A stretch of 64,000 bases of DNA from a virus. Lineage: Duplodnaviria; Caudoviricetes. The notes beneath the pieces were generated by a model, which saw only the letters and a list, made by a program, of their open reading frames with translations, was not told the DNA's origin and did no database searches. Below, in pieces: positions 1 to 8,612 of this stretch (positions within the stretch are counted from its first letter, which is position 1; each line of letters begins with the position of its first letter). The stretch covers positions 64,001 through 128,000 of the IMG/VR virus record IMGVR_UViG_3300021400_000046. One strand, written 5' to 3'. A program made the translations under genes and the position numbers.

Positions 1-1
1 T

Positions 2-2554
2 ACTCAGGTTACGATTTATGGCGCAAATAGAATCCAGGAATTAAGTGATCTTTCAGCTTGTTATATTGCAGCCAATAACTTCTCTATGGCTACAAAATTA
101 AGAAAATTGGTGCTTGGCAATACTACTGAAGGATATAACAACTCTCGTCTTGTTTCTCTTACACTTGGTAACAACAAACTTTTAGAGGAACTTGATATTC
201 GTAACTGTGCGAATTTGACTGGTTCTCTTAACCTATCACAATCAAGCAATCTTTTAAGGTTATATGCCGAAGGCACAAGAATTACCGGCGTTACTTTTGC
301 GACTAACGGCAAGGTGCAGCTTGCTCATTTGCCAAATACTATCAATACATTGATTATGAGAAATCTGAACGATCTCGTTGATTTCGATGCAAACTTAAAT
401 CGTCTTGAAACCCTTACATTACAAGGTGGTACACTTAACAGTCTTGACGTTGTTACTGATTCAATTAATACATTACAAGTGCTTTATTTGTATGATATTG
501 ATTGGATTGTCCCTGATACTACAATTCTGAATGCAATGGCGAATATGTTCTATTCTCTCGTGACTGGTAGTGTTTATGTTGGCGGCGCAATTAGAAATCA
601 AGAGCTTGCCACTTATGCACAGAAATGGAACGATCTTGAAGTTACATATGAAGCTACTAACCTTGTTACACAGTATTTAGTCACATATGTGAATGCAGAC
701 GATGAAAGCACGGTTTTATATACTACCTATGTTGATAGAGGTTCTGTACCGCCTGATCCATATGCAACTGGCGCAATTTCTAAACCAACACTTGCAGAGG
801 ACGAACAATATTCTTACAGCTTTGGTACGGTAGAAGATGGAGAATACGTAGCAGGAAGCGGCTGGACTGATATGAGTGACCCTGTTCTTGCTGCAAAAAC
901 AATTACTGCTGTTTATACTAAAACGCCACAAGTTTACACAGTCTCTTGGTATTTAAGACCTGGTTTGCGTATTACATCTGTCTCTGCTAATTACGGAGAT
1001 GAAATTGTCTATGAAGGTGATACGCCCGTTAATGAGGACGAAGAAGGTCAATACATTTATAATGTTTTCAAGGGTTGGGATAAGTCAACAGGATATATTC
1101 GTGGGAATACTGATGTGTATGCTCTTTGGGAACGTGCGCCATTACCGCCAGTTGGAAAAGATATGGCAGATATGACTCCTGGAGAAATCTTCGCTGTTAC
1201 AAAGTCAGGTAATTCAGCCAATTATTTCGAGGATAAGGATAGAACCATTATTACGCTTGGCAATGATTTTGAATTTACGAATGTTGAAAGTGAAGTTCTT
1301 GCACAAGATTTGTATTTGGACGGTACAACTACAGTTGTGAAGGATATTGTGTTGTTTGGTGAAAACTCACCTTCGTTTACGCTTGCAGTTGATTTCAGGT
1401 TTACTAATTTATCTGATGCAAACAATACTTTAATCTCGTGCTATGAAGAAGATGGTTCAGAAGGATTTAGACTCAGATTTAATACCAATCCTGATATTCA
1501 ATGGGGCGACAAAACCCTCAATGTTGGTTATAGAGGGTATAGAGATATTGTTGTTCTCCGTCATACCGCTGGTGATGATAAACTGTATGTGTACAGTTCA
1601 AATGGTAGTGCTTCTTCATTTAGAAATGATGTTTCATCAAATGTTCTTACAAGAAGTAGATCAACAGTTTCGTCACAAAAACTTACTCTCGGAGCAATTC
1701 GGTTTGTTTCCGATGGTGGTTTTGATGATTATGGACGTGGATATATCTATTGGGCAAAAATTTGGTTTGATGATCTTGGCGAGACAAATGCTAAGTTGCT
1801 TGCGGCTTGGACGCACGATCAGTTACCATACGAATATTGCGGCACAGAAAGATATAGAATCACTGGTGGAAGTCAAAGAACAAACGCATCTTTCATTCAG
1901 AACTGTGAATTTGGTGATAGACTGAGACAGATGAACAGTTCAAATACAAATGTTGGTGGTTGGGACGATTGCCAAATGCGTAAAAATTTCTTCCTTAATC
2001 GGTTCCCCAATGCTTATCCACAAGTTTGGCGTTCAATGATTAAGAAGGTTAAGATTAGTGCAACTGCTGGTAATAAGTCAACATCAATCACTGTTTCTGA
2101 TGATTACTCCTATCTTGCTGCTTATGCTGAGATGTTTTCCACGTCTGATACAGCTTATGTTGCTGAAGGTAGTAAGATTTCTTGGTTTACAACAGACATT
2201 CGTAGGGCAAAATTCAGAGGCATTCCGATCCCGGAAGATGTAACATACTATACTGATAGTTCTGATCCGTCTACAGTTTCAGGGCGTACAATTTCGGTTG
2301 GCGACGTATGGAAAAAAGGTACTGGTACAGTGTACATTTATGCTGACACGGAAACAATTCGCTATTATGGTTTGTCAACTTCTGATGCAGTTAGTGCTTC
2401 AATAGGAGGCTATTGGATTGCGGCCTACAACTTCTGGTTGCGCTCTCCGTATGTGACGAGCACCGCGTACTTCTGGTTTGTCAATACCAGTGGTAGCGCC
2501 AGCAACAACGGCGCGAACAACTCCTATGCGGTTGTTCCCTGCTTCTCTATCTGA
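2..2554 (+). CDS. DGR target protein (5'-truncated by window): large phage tail/receptor-binding-type protein with LRR-like repeats, InlB-B-like repeats, a LamG-like region and a C-terminal DUF6273/C-type-lectin-like variable domain
   Basis: Frame is open from position 2. LRR pattern (LEELDIRNCANLTGSLNLS). C-terminus FWLRSP...FWFVNTSG...YAVVPCFSI is the typical DGR target signature and contains the VR. Confidence 0.85.
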   Translation, partial: TQVTIYGANRIQELSDLSACYIAANNFSMATKLRKLVLGNTTEGYNNSRLVSLTLGNNKLLEELDIRNCANLTGSLNLSQSSNLLRLYAEGTRITGVTFATNGKVQLAHLPNTINTLIMRNLNDLVDFDANLNRLETLTLQGGTLNSLDVVTDSINTLQVLYLYDIDWIVPDTTILNAMANMFYSLVTGSVYVGGAIRNQELATYAQKWNDLEVTYEATNLVTQYLVTYVNADDESTVLYTTYVDRGSVPPDPYATGAISKPTLAEDEQYSYSFGTVEDGEYVAGSGWTDMSDPVLAAKTITAVYTKTPQVYTVSWYLRPGLRITSVSANYGDEIVYEGDTPVNEDEEGQYIYNVFKGWDKSTGYIRGNTDVYALWERAPLPPVGKDMADMTPGEIFAVTKSGNSANYFEDKDRTIITLGNDFEFTNVESEVLAQDLYLDGTTTVVKDIVLFGENSPSFTLAVDFRFTNLSDANNTLISCYEEDGSEGFRLRFNTNPDIQWGDKTLNVGYRGYRDIVVLRHTAGDDKLYVYSSNGSASSFRNDVSSNVLTRSRSTVSSQKLTLGAIRFVSDGGFDDYGRGYIYWAKIWFDDLGETNAKLLAAWTHDQLPYEYCGTERYRITGGSQRTNASFIQNCEFGDRLRQMNSSNTNVGGWDDCQMRKNFFLNRFPNAYPQVWRSMIKKVKISATAGNKSTSITVSDDYSYLAAYAEMFSTSDTAYVAEGSKISWFTTDIRRAKFRGIPIPEDVTYYTDSSDPSTVSGRTISVGDVWKKGTGTVYIYADTETIRYYGLSTSDAVSASIGGYWIAAYNFWLRSPYVTSTAYFWFVNTSGSASNNGANNSYAVVPCFSI
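2417..2545 (+). repeat. DGR variable repeat (VR)
   Basis: Matches 3538-3666 without gaps; 12 mismatches, each opposite an A in TR. Confidence 0.97.
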
Positions 2555-2571
2555 CAATCGTTAATACAAAA

Positions 2572-2638
2572 CAACGGCTCACTCCTTGGCAATACAATGG
2601 GTGGGTCGTTGCATTATATCTGGCGGCTTTGACCGCCA
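2572..2638 (+). promoter_or_regulatory. Hairpins just downstream of VR (candidate DGR target-recognition/cruciform element)
   Basis: Imperfect stem CAACGGCTCAC/GTGGGTCGTTG (2572-2611) and perfect stem TGGCGG/CCGCCA (2621-2638). Confidence 0.55.
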
Positions 2639-2660
2639 TATCTTGAATGGAGAAAAAGAA

Positions 2661-3452
2661 ATGTCAGTTTTGCGCAGTAAAAGAAGTATTGCTCAAACAG
2701 AGTTTGAAAATACTTTTGAAAAATTATATCAACATAGTAAATCGCAAACATCAAAAGTTCCTAAGAGAAGAAAAAGATGGATTTGCTATAATATTGATAG
2801 GATAATGAACGAGTTATACAATGAAATAATGGAACTCAATGAAGGGATTTATTTAAGAGAATATACAGATGAAGAAAAAATTGAACATCTGCGGAAAATC
2901 CTAATCTTGTTACATTCTATAGAAAAACCATTATTTGTTTTCTGGAATATCCAAGATTACGAAATGAGAAAAATGATTTCTTGGTGTAAACTCCTTCAAT
3001 CAGAATTTGATTTACTAATTAATATGTCTGGATTTAAGAAAAAATACAGATTTTGCGTTTTAGATCGGAAAAGAATTAGAGAAGTTGACTTTTTAAGAAA
3101 CATGAGCGAATTTCATAAATATGTTCATGGGAAAGTAGTAAATGCTCCATGCGCACATGATGATACTTCTGGCAGTTTGTTAATTAAATTGGTTGATGAT
3201 GCTTTTTATGATGTAATGGAAGCAAATAAGAAAATACCAGAAACAAGTTCTCAATTCAAAAAGAGAAAAGAACATATTGCTCATGCAATTAAGAGTTTAT
3301 ACAAAATACAACGTCAAACAATCTTCTATTTTAATTTGATGGGATATAGCGAAAATGTAATGAATGAATGGAGCAATTATCTAACTACTGAAATTAAATT
3401 ATTACAGGCGTTGCAAAAATCTGATTCAAAAAGATTTCAAGATTTAGAATAA
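2661..3452 (+). CDS. avd: DGR accessory variability determinant (Avd-like), tandem two-domain form
   Basis: Lies between VR and TR. RBS GGAG then MSVLRSKRS...EF start typical of Firmicutes-phage Avd. Two similar helical halves; ends LLQALQKSDSKRF. Confidence 0.8.
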   Translation: MSVLRSKRSIAQTEFENTFEKLYQHSKSQTSKVPKRRKRWICYNIDRIMNELYNEIMELNEGIYLREYTDEEKIEHLRKILILLHSIEKPLFVFWNIQDYEMRKMISWCKLLQSEFDLLINMSGFKKKYRFCVLDRKRIREVDFLRNMSEFHKYVHGKVVNAPCAHDDTSGSLLIKLVDDAFYDVMEANKKIPETSSQFKKRKEHIAHAIKSLYKIQRQTIFYFNLMGYSENVMNEWSNYLTTEIKLLQALQKSDSKRFQDLE

Positions 3453-3537
3453 TTTAGGTTTTGTGCGGCAATATGCCGCTTAAAATATTTGGTTATGTTT
3501 TATAAATACACCGCTGTTTCGGTTCGCTGTGTTGAGT

Positions 3538-3666
3538 ATTGCGGCCTACAACTTCTGGTTGCGCTCTCCGAATGTGACGAACACCACGAACTTCTGGAAT
3601 GTCAATACCAGTGGTAGCAACAACAACAACAACGCGAACAACTCCTATGCGGTTGTTCCCTGATTC
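3538..3666 (+). ncRNA. DGR template repeat (TR)
   Basis: Intergenic copy of VR with 13 AAY codons in the VR frame; lies between avd and RT. Confidence 0.97.
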
Positions 3667-3947
3667 CCATATATCAAGTAACCATATTATAAGGGCGAAG
3701 GGTTATTCGATGGAATAAATATATGAGAAGGAAAATATAACCATCTGTGTTTGTCACAGTAAATATGCTGTTGTAACGGATTAATTACAACATAGTTTTG
3801 GTACTATTTCGTATGCCTATGGAAGTCATGCTTATTTTTAGCAATTCATAGAACAATCCCTATCAGTTCTTACGAAGTTGCAGAGGCATTTGTTGGCGCA
3901 AAATAGGGATAAAATCAGCCAACACGGAAGCTACCAAATCAAGTTTT

Positions 3948-5273
3948 ATGAAGGAACGAGGAATGAATAAGTATCAAAGAATTAAGAAAAGAATAGAGCG
4001 CGACAAACTGCGCAAACAAATGAAATTACTTGAACGCAATATTTTATATGGTGATTTTGATGGTATTATTACTTATCAAAATTTTGTTGAAGCATTGAAG
4101 AAATGTAAAGTTGGAGTAAATTGGAAAGGCAGTGTTCAAGTATATACAGAAAAGCCTATTAGTGAAATATCAAAAGCGAGAAAGAAACTAATAAAGCGTG
4201 AACTGCCTAAAATAACAAGTTTCAAAAAGATAGTAATTTATGAGCGTGGTAAAGCTCGAATAATTGTACCAATAAAGATTCAAGATAGGATGATTCAAAG
4301 AGTAATTTGCGACAACGCGCTTGTTCCAATGTTTAAGGATTATCTTATCTATGATAATGGAGCAAGCACTAAGGGTAAGGGCGTAGAATTTGCAAGAGCA
4401 AGATTAGAAACTCATATTAGAAAGGCACAAAAGAAATACGGATCAGATAACCTATACGCTCTTGTGTTTGATTTTAAGAATTTCTTTGGAAGCATCCCAC
4501 ATAAAACTTGCCTTAATGTATTATATGAGAAGTTTATAGATAGCAGTCTTATAAATATCATTATGGATATTATTAAATCATATAGCCGAAATGATATAAA
4601 TACTTTAAGCGACAAAGAATTGCGAGATAGAAAACTCAAATTATTAGAAGGGAATAACCTCGCAGGCATTTGCCTTGGAAGTCAAATATCGCAGATAATG
4701 GCTCTTGTTGTTCCAAATAAATTGGATCATTTTGTAAAAGACCAATGTGGTATGAAACATTATATGCGGTATATGGATGATGGAATTATCTTGTTTAATG
4801 ATAAGAAAGCATTAAAGAAACTATACTCGCGCATGAAAACAGTTTGTGAAAGTCTTGGTTTAACATTTAACAGTAAGAAAACGCGGATTGTGAAAATGAC
4901 AAAGGGCATTACATTTATGAAGATCAAGTACAAAATAGTTGGAGACAGGCTTGTGAAAAAACTTTCTCGATCAAGTATAGTGCGAATGAGAAGAAAGCTA
5001 AAGAAGTTCAGAAAACTCGTTGACAATGGCAAAATGAAATTAGATGATGTATACAATTCTATCCAATCTTGGGTTGCTCATTCAAAACGTGCAATGTCGT
5101 ATAAAACAAGGAATGAAATGCTTGAATTATATGATAAACTGTTTGATGGTTATAAAATGACAAAGAGATATTACTATTTGGTAGAAAATAAGATAAGAGG
5201 GAGGAATGTACCTGATGAAGTATTACAAGATGATAAGTGGTACGAATATCGTTGGGGTAGTTACGCAGCTTAG
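3948..5273 (+). CDS. DGR reverse transcriptase
   Basis: RT motifs: KARII, DRMIQR, FDFKNFF, LGSQISQ (DGR-type SQ), YMRYMDD; basic C-terminal thumb. Confidence 0.96.
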   Translation: MKERGMNKYQRIKKRIERDKLRKQMKLLERNILYGDFDGIITYQNFVEALKKCKVGVNWKGSVQVYTEKPISEISKARKKLIKRELPKITSFKKIVIYERGKARIIVPIKIQDRMIQRVICDNALVPMFKDYLIYDNGASTKGKGVEFARARLETHIRKAQKKYGSDNLYALVFDFKNFFGSIPHKTCLNVLYEKFIDSSLINIIMDIIKSYSRNDINTLSDKELRDRKLKLLEGNNLAGICLGSQISQIMALVVPNKLDHFVKDQCGMKHYMRYMDDGIILFNDKKALKKLYSRMKTVCESLGLTFNSKKTRIVKMTKGITFMKIKYKIVGDRLVKKLSRSSIVRMRRKLKKFRKLVDNGKMKLDDVYNSIQSWVAHSKRAMSYKTRNEMLELYDKLFDGYKMTKRYYYLVENKIRGRNVPDEVLQDDKWYEYRWGSYAA

Positions 5274-5982
5274 TTTTGTAAGATTCCGACCAAAACATAA
5301 GACACTAAATAATTGTGAAATAAGTGTCGCTCAATATGTTCTTTATGACGGAAATTTATATAGGGATAGTTGGCTGTTCAAATTATCTGGTTCTGAGGGG
5401 CTTGAATATTCAGAGGTTAAGATCGTTGAAATAGGCGAAGAAGAATATAACACACTTATTGCAGCATTTGAAAAGAATGAAGAAATTACTGAAACCACGC
5501 AAGAGGAAGAAGTGCAAATCCCAGAAGAACAGGTAGAAGATAACCCAACCATTGATTTTGTAAAAGCATCAAAACTCGCAGAGATTAGTCATGCGTGTAA
5601 TGTAATTATCACTAATGGTTTTGATATTGTATTAAGTGATGGCGAAACACATCATTTTTCACTAACTACACAAGACCAATTAAACCTAATTACATTATCT
5701 TCAATGGCTGCGAGTGGAGAAACTATGATCCCATATCACGCAGATGGCGAACTCTGTAAGTTCTATTCACCGGAAGATATAACTTCAATTGTTAATTATG
5801 CAACACAGTTCAAAACATATCATGTGTCTTATCACAATGCGCTTAAATTATATGTTGAGTCGCTTGATGATTTAGCACAGATTGGAGGTATTGAATACGG
5901 AATTGACATTCCGATTGAATTTCAATCAGATGTATTGAAAGTGTTGAATGGGAGAAGTGAAGAAAATGAAACAAATCCATAA
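5215..5982 (+). CDS. DUF4376-like phage tail-associated protein
   Basis: KLAEIS..CN..ITNGFD...HFSLTTQDQLNL...PYHADGELCKFY pattern; RBS favours ATG 5215; overlaps RT end. Confidence 0.6.
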   Translation: MKYYKMISGTNIVGVVTQLSFVRFRPKHKTLNNCEISVAQYVLYDGNLYRDSWLFKLSGSEGLEYSEVKIVEIGEEEYNTLIAAFEKNEEITETTQEEEVQIPEEQVEDNPTIDFVKASKLAEISHACNVIITNGFDIVLSDGETHHFSLTTQDQLNLITLSSMAASGETMIPYHADGELCKFYSPEDITSIVNYATQFKTYHVSYHNALKLYVESLDDLAQIGGIEYGIDIPIEFQSDVLKVLNGRSEENETNP

Positions 5983-6415
5983 AAGAATGTTTTTATTTCT
6001 TCTTGGTTTCATGGCTTACATTACTATCGAGGTTTGTTTCCGTGGTTATTCATATCCGCTAATGGGGCTTTGTGGCGGTTTCGCATTACTTATCATGGAT
6101 CAAATTAATAACAAAATTTCTTGGGACTTTGATTTGCTATTGCAAGGGCTAATCGGCTCTGCACTAATAACATCGTTTGAGTTTATTATTGGAGAACTAT
6201 TCTTACATGGGTATCTTCCTGTTATGTGGGACTATTCGCATTCTTTTCTTAATTATAAGGGTATTGTCTGTCTGCCCTTTAGTTTATTATGGTTCGTTCT
6301 TTCTATTGGCGCGATTTTCTGTGCCGATGCAATAAACTATTATTTTTTTAATGAATTACCTGTTCCGCACTACAAAGTGTTTGGAAAAACTATCTTCTCG
6401 TTCAAGCAAAAATAA
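5966..6415 (+). CDS. Small membrane protein (putative ABC-permease/CmpB-like family common in phages)
   Basis: Four hydrophobic segments; IEV.FRGYS, FEFIIG, MWDYS...NYKG..CLPFS motifs. Confidence 0.65.
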   Translation: MKQIHKRMFLFLLGFMAYITIEVCFRGYSYPLMGLCGGFALLIMDQINNKISWDFDLLLQGLIGSALITSFEFIIGELFLHGYLPVMWDYSHSFLNYKGIVCLPFSLLWFVLSIGAIFCADAINYYFFNELPVPHYKVFGKTIFSFKQK

Positions 6416-6431
6416 GATCATTTATATATAG

Positions 6432-6470
6432 AGGGCTATAAGATGTTCAGTCTTATAGCCCTTGATTTTT
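6432..6470 (+). terminator. Rho-independent terminator
   Basis: AGGGCTATAAGA/TCTTATAGCCCT stem followed by a T-rich tract. Confidence 0.8.
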
Positions 6471-6721
6471 GCGCTTTAGAGTTGTATAATACAGATAGCA
6501 CTCAAATGGTAACGGAATAATTCTGCTGTCATTTCAATGTTATTTGTTGGGTAATTGTTGCCGCTTTTCATCAACTGTTTTCTAACAATTTTTCTAACCA
6601 AATCGTTAGAAATTAAAATACCAACCTTTCGATGTTTGCGAATCAGTATTGGTTTTCTACTGATTTACCGGCTAATCTGCAAAATAGCAATAGTTGGGGA
6701 CTTACTTTCGATATTGTCAAA

Positions 6722-6777
6722 AGACTGTAAATCTGCTGGCACCGCCTTCGGTGGTTCGAATCCACCTTCCCCCACCA
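6722..6777 (+). other. attP core: 3' half of tRNA-Tyr(GTA), not a complete tRNA
   Basis: AGACTGTAAATCT anticodon arm, variable arm, GGTTCGAATCC T-arm and CCA; no D-arm or 5' acceptor upstream; next to integrase. Confidence 0.85.
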
Positions 6778-6785
6778 ATACGATT

Positions 6786-6820
6786 AACCGCTGAAAACGC
6801 TTGTTTTTGGCGGTTTTTCT
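6786..6820 (+). terminator. Terminator after att core (likely bidirectional)
   Basis: AACCGC...GCGGTT stem plus T-tract. Confidence 0.7.
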
Positions 6821-6893
6821 TATGTTTTCGCAACTTTTTGGCACAGAATATTATCAACTAAGTCTTGAAAACATTTATGCGTTTTGCAGCTTT

Positions 6894-8072
6894 CTAACAG
6901 TTTTCTAACAATTCATCTATTGCAGTTGCCATCTTAGTTTTCGTTTTTGCTTGGAGATGCCCGTAAATGTTCATGGTTGTACTGATTGTGCTGTGTCCAG
7001 ACCACGCAGAAATTTCTTTCATATTCATATTCTTTTCAAGCAAGAGACTAACATTGGTATGGCGCAGTTCGTGCAGCCGGAGCCGTTTCATTCCTGCATT
7101 CTCGCACATCTTTGGGAAAACTCTGGTAACATACTCCAATGGAATCAAGTCGCCATTTACACGAACACAAACATAATCAGCCCATTCAAGGTTATACCCT
7201 GGATATTGTTTGCGCTTATCTTGCCATGCCTTTACGTTCTTCAAATATTCGATAGTTGCATCACTCATTGGGAAAGCACGGTACGAAGCGTCAGTTTTTG
7301 CAGTTGGTTTATAATGCGTGTTTGCTACTTTAGAGCCGCTTGACCCCCTATCCGACATTGTACCTCTGATATAAAGCACTTTGTTTTCAAAGTCAACACA
7401 GTCCCATCTTAGGCCAATGATTTCGCCACGCCTCAACCCAAACTTCGCAGCAAGATAAACAACAACTTCGATCTTTGAACTTTTGGCTACTTCAAGAATC
7501 TTCTTGCAATCTTCAATGGAGTAAAAATTTGCAAGATGTTTTTCTTTGGATGGAAGCTCAACTTTGTCTGAAGGATTGCTTTTAAGCCTATCTGTCTTTA
7601 CGGCGTATGAAAGACACTTATGGATATTTGCGTGATAATGATGGATTGTATTTGCCGATACCTTATCAGTCTCCATTTTGTAAGCATAGAAACTCTGAAT
7701 ATCAAATCCTTTAAGGTCACAGAGTTTAATTTTGCGTTCTCTGAAATAAGGACATATTACATTTTTTACTGTATTACGATAACTGTAATATGTTTCTTCG
7801 GAAATTGTATGTTTAGTTTCTTCTAACCATAAAAGAAGATAATCAGCAAATAAAATATCATTATCAAGGCTTGCGATTTTGCTATCCCATTCTGCAAGAA
7901 GTTCTTGCCGTTTCGCTTCAATCTTTCTTTTGTTGTTACCAGACGCACTTAGATCAGTCTTGATCCATTTTTGTTTTCTTTTTCGATTATCTCCAAGCCC
8001 AACATAATAACCAATTACGATGTAATAAACATCTCCTTTGGTTGCAATGCTTGCTGTTACTTTTGCCGCCAA
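6894..8072 (-). CDS. int: Tyrosine recombinase / phage integrase
   Basis: GLRRGE, LHELRHT, GHS, catalytic Y in TMNIYGH; RBS AGGAGG before TTG 8072. Confidence 0.95.
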   Translation of the reverse strand: MAAKVTASIATKGDVYYIVIGYYVGLGDNRKRKQKWIKTDLSASGNNKRKIEAKRQELLAEWDSKIASLDNDILFADYLLLWLEETKHTISEETYYSYRNTVKNVICPYFRERKIKLCDLKGFDIQSFYAYKMETDKVSANTIHHYHANIHKCLSYAVKTDRLKSNPSDKVELPSKEKHLANFYSIEDCKKILEVAKSSKIEVVVYLAAKFGLRRGEIIGLRWDCVDFENKVLYIRGTMSDRGSSGSKVANTHYKPTAKTDASYRAFPMSDATIEYLKNVKAWQDKRKQYPGYNLEWADYVCVRVNGDLIPLEYVTRVFPKMCENAGMKRLRLHELRHTNVSLLLEKNMNMKEISAWSGHSTISTTMNIYGHLQAKTKTKMATAIDELLENC

Positions 8073-8113
8073 TTTGATAAACCTCCTTCTTTGCGGCAAC
8101 AATTACCGTTTGA

Positions 8114-8142
8114 ATTATAGCACATTTTATTTCTGCTTTCAA
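8114..8142 (-). promoter_or_regulatory. sigmaA-type promoter of integrase
   Basis: TTGAAA-17-TATAAT with extended TG. Confidence 0.6.
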
Positions 8143-8190
8143 TCATTATTTTGCCTCCTTAATTGTAAAATATTAGAAAACAGATCGTTC

Positions 8191-8230
8191 AAATAAAAGG
8201 CAGTCAGCGAAAGCCAACTGCCTTTATTTT
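8191..8230. terminator. Bidirectional terminator
   Basis: AAAGGCAGT...ACTGCCTTT stem flanked by A and T tracts. Confidence 0.75.
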
Positions 8231-8612
8231 ATCGGCTTCTTCTCCACAAACAATCTATGTTCTTTTCAGCTTCATCTTTTGATTTGTATACTCTTAAAAT
8301 CAAATTGCTTTTGCTTGAAAGAACCAAACTTGGGCGCGGATTTTCGCTATCTAAATCTGTTGAAAAACAATAGCATAATCGTTTCTTGTTTGTAATCCTA
8401 TAAAGTCGCATTTCTTCAATTTTCGCATGATATTTCCCGTCTGGCATCAAAACGAAATATCTTTTGCCGATAACGTAATCTTCATCGGAGTATTGCAAAA
8501 CAATATCAAGAGCATCCGATAGACCTGACACATATGCTTGCTGCTCTGCCGTCATATTGCTTGTGGTTTCAAGTGTTATCAGCTTATTTAATTCATCTGT
8601 TATTTTGCTCAA
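8229..8612 (-). CDS. Hypothetical protein
   Basis: ORF in operon. Confidence 0.65.
   Translation of the reverse strand: MSKITDELNKLITLETTSNMTAEQQAYVSGLSDALDIVLQYSDEDYVIGKRYFVLMPDGKYHAKIEEMRLYRITNKKRLCYCFSTDLDSENPRPSLVLSSKSNLILRVYKSKDEAEKNIDCLWRRSR

Larger units (their letters stand above)
2417..5273 (+). mobile_element. Diversity-generating retroelement (VR - avd - TR - RT)
   Basis: 129-bp VR/TR pair with all mismatches at TR adenines, adjacent Avd-like gene and an RT with GSQISQ and YMDD motifs. Confidence 0.97.
6577..6913. other. attP region with integrase arm-type repeats
   Basis: TTTCTAAC at 6579, 6591, 6891 and 6902, inverted at 6605; GTTTTCTAACAATT at both 6577 and 6900; flanks the tRNA-Tyr fragment. 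Confidence 0.75.

Noticed and set aside
3619-3633. (AAC)5 microsatellite
   Set aside because: It is part of the TR's mutable Asn codons.
3948-5273. Retron or group II intron RT
   Set aside because: The adenine-specific TR/VR pair, Avd and SQ motif identify a DGR; no intron or msr/msd features seen.
6700-6777. Functional tRNA-Tyr gene
   Set aside because: The 5' acceptor strand and D-arm are absent; better explained as the att core.
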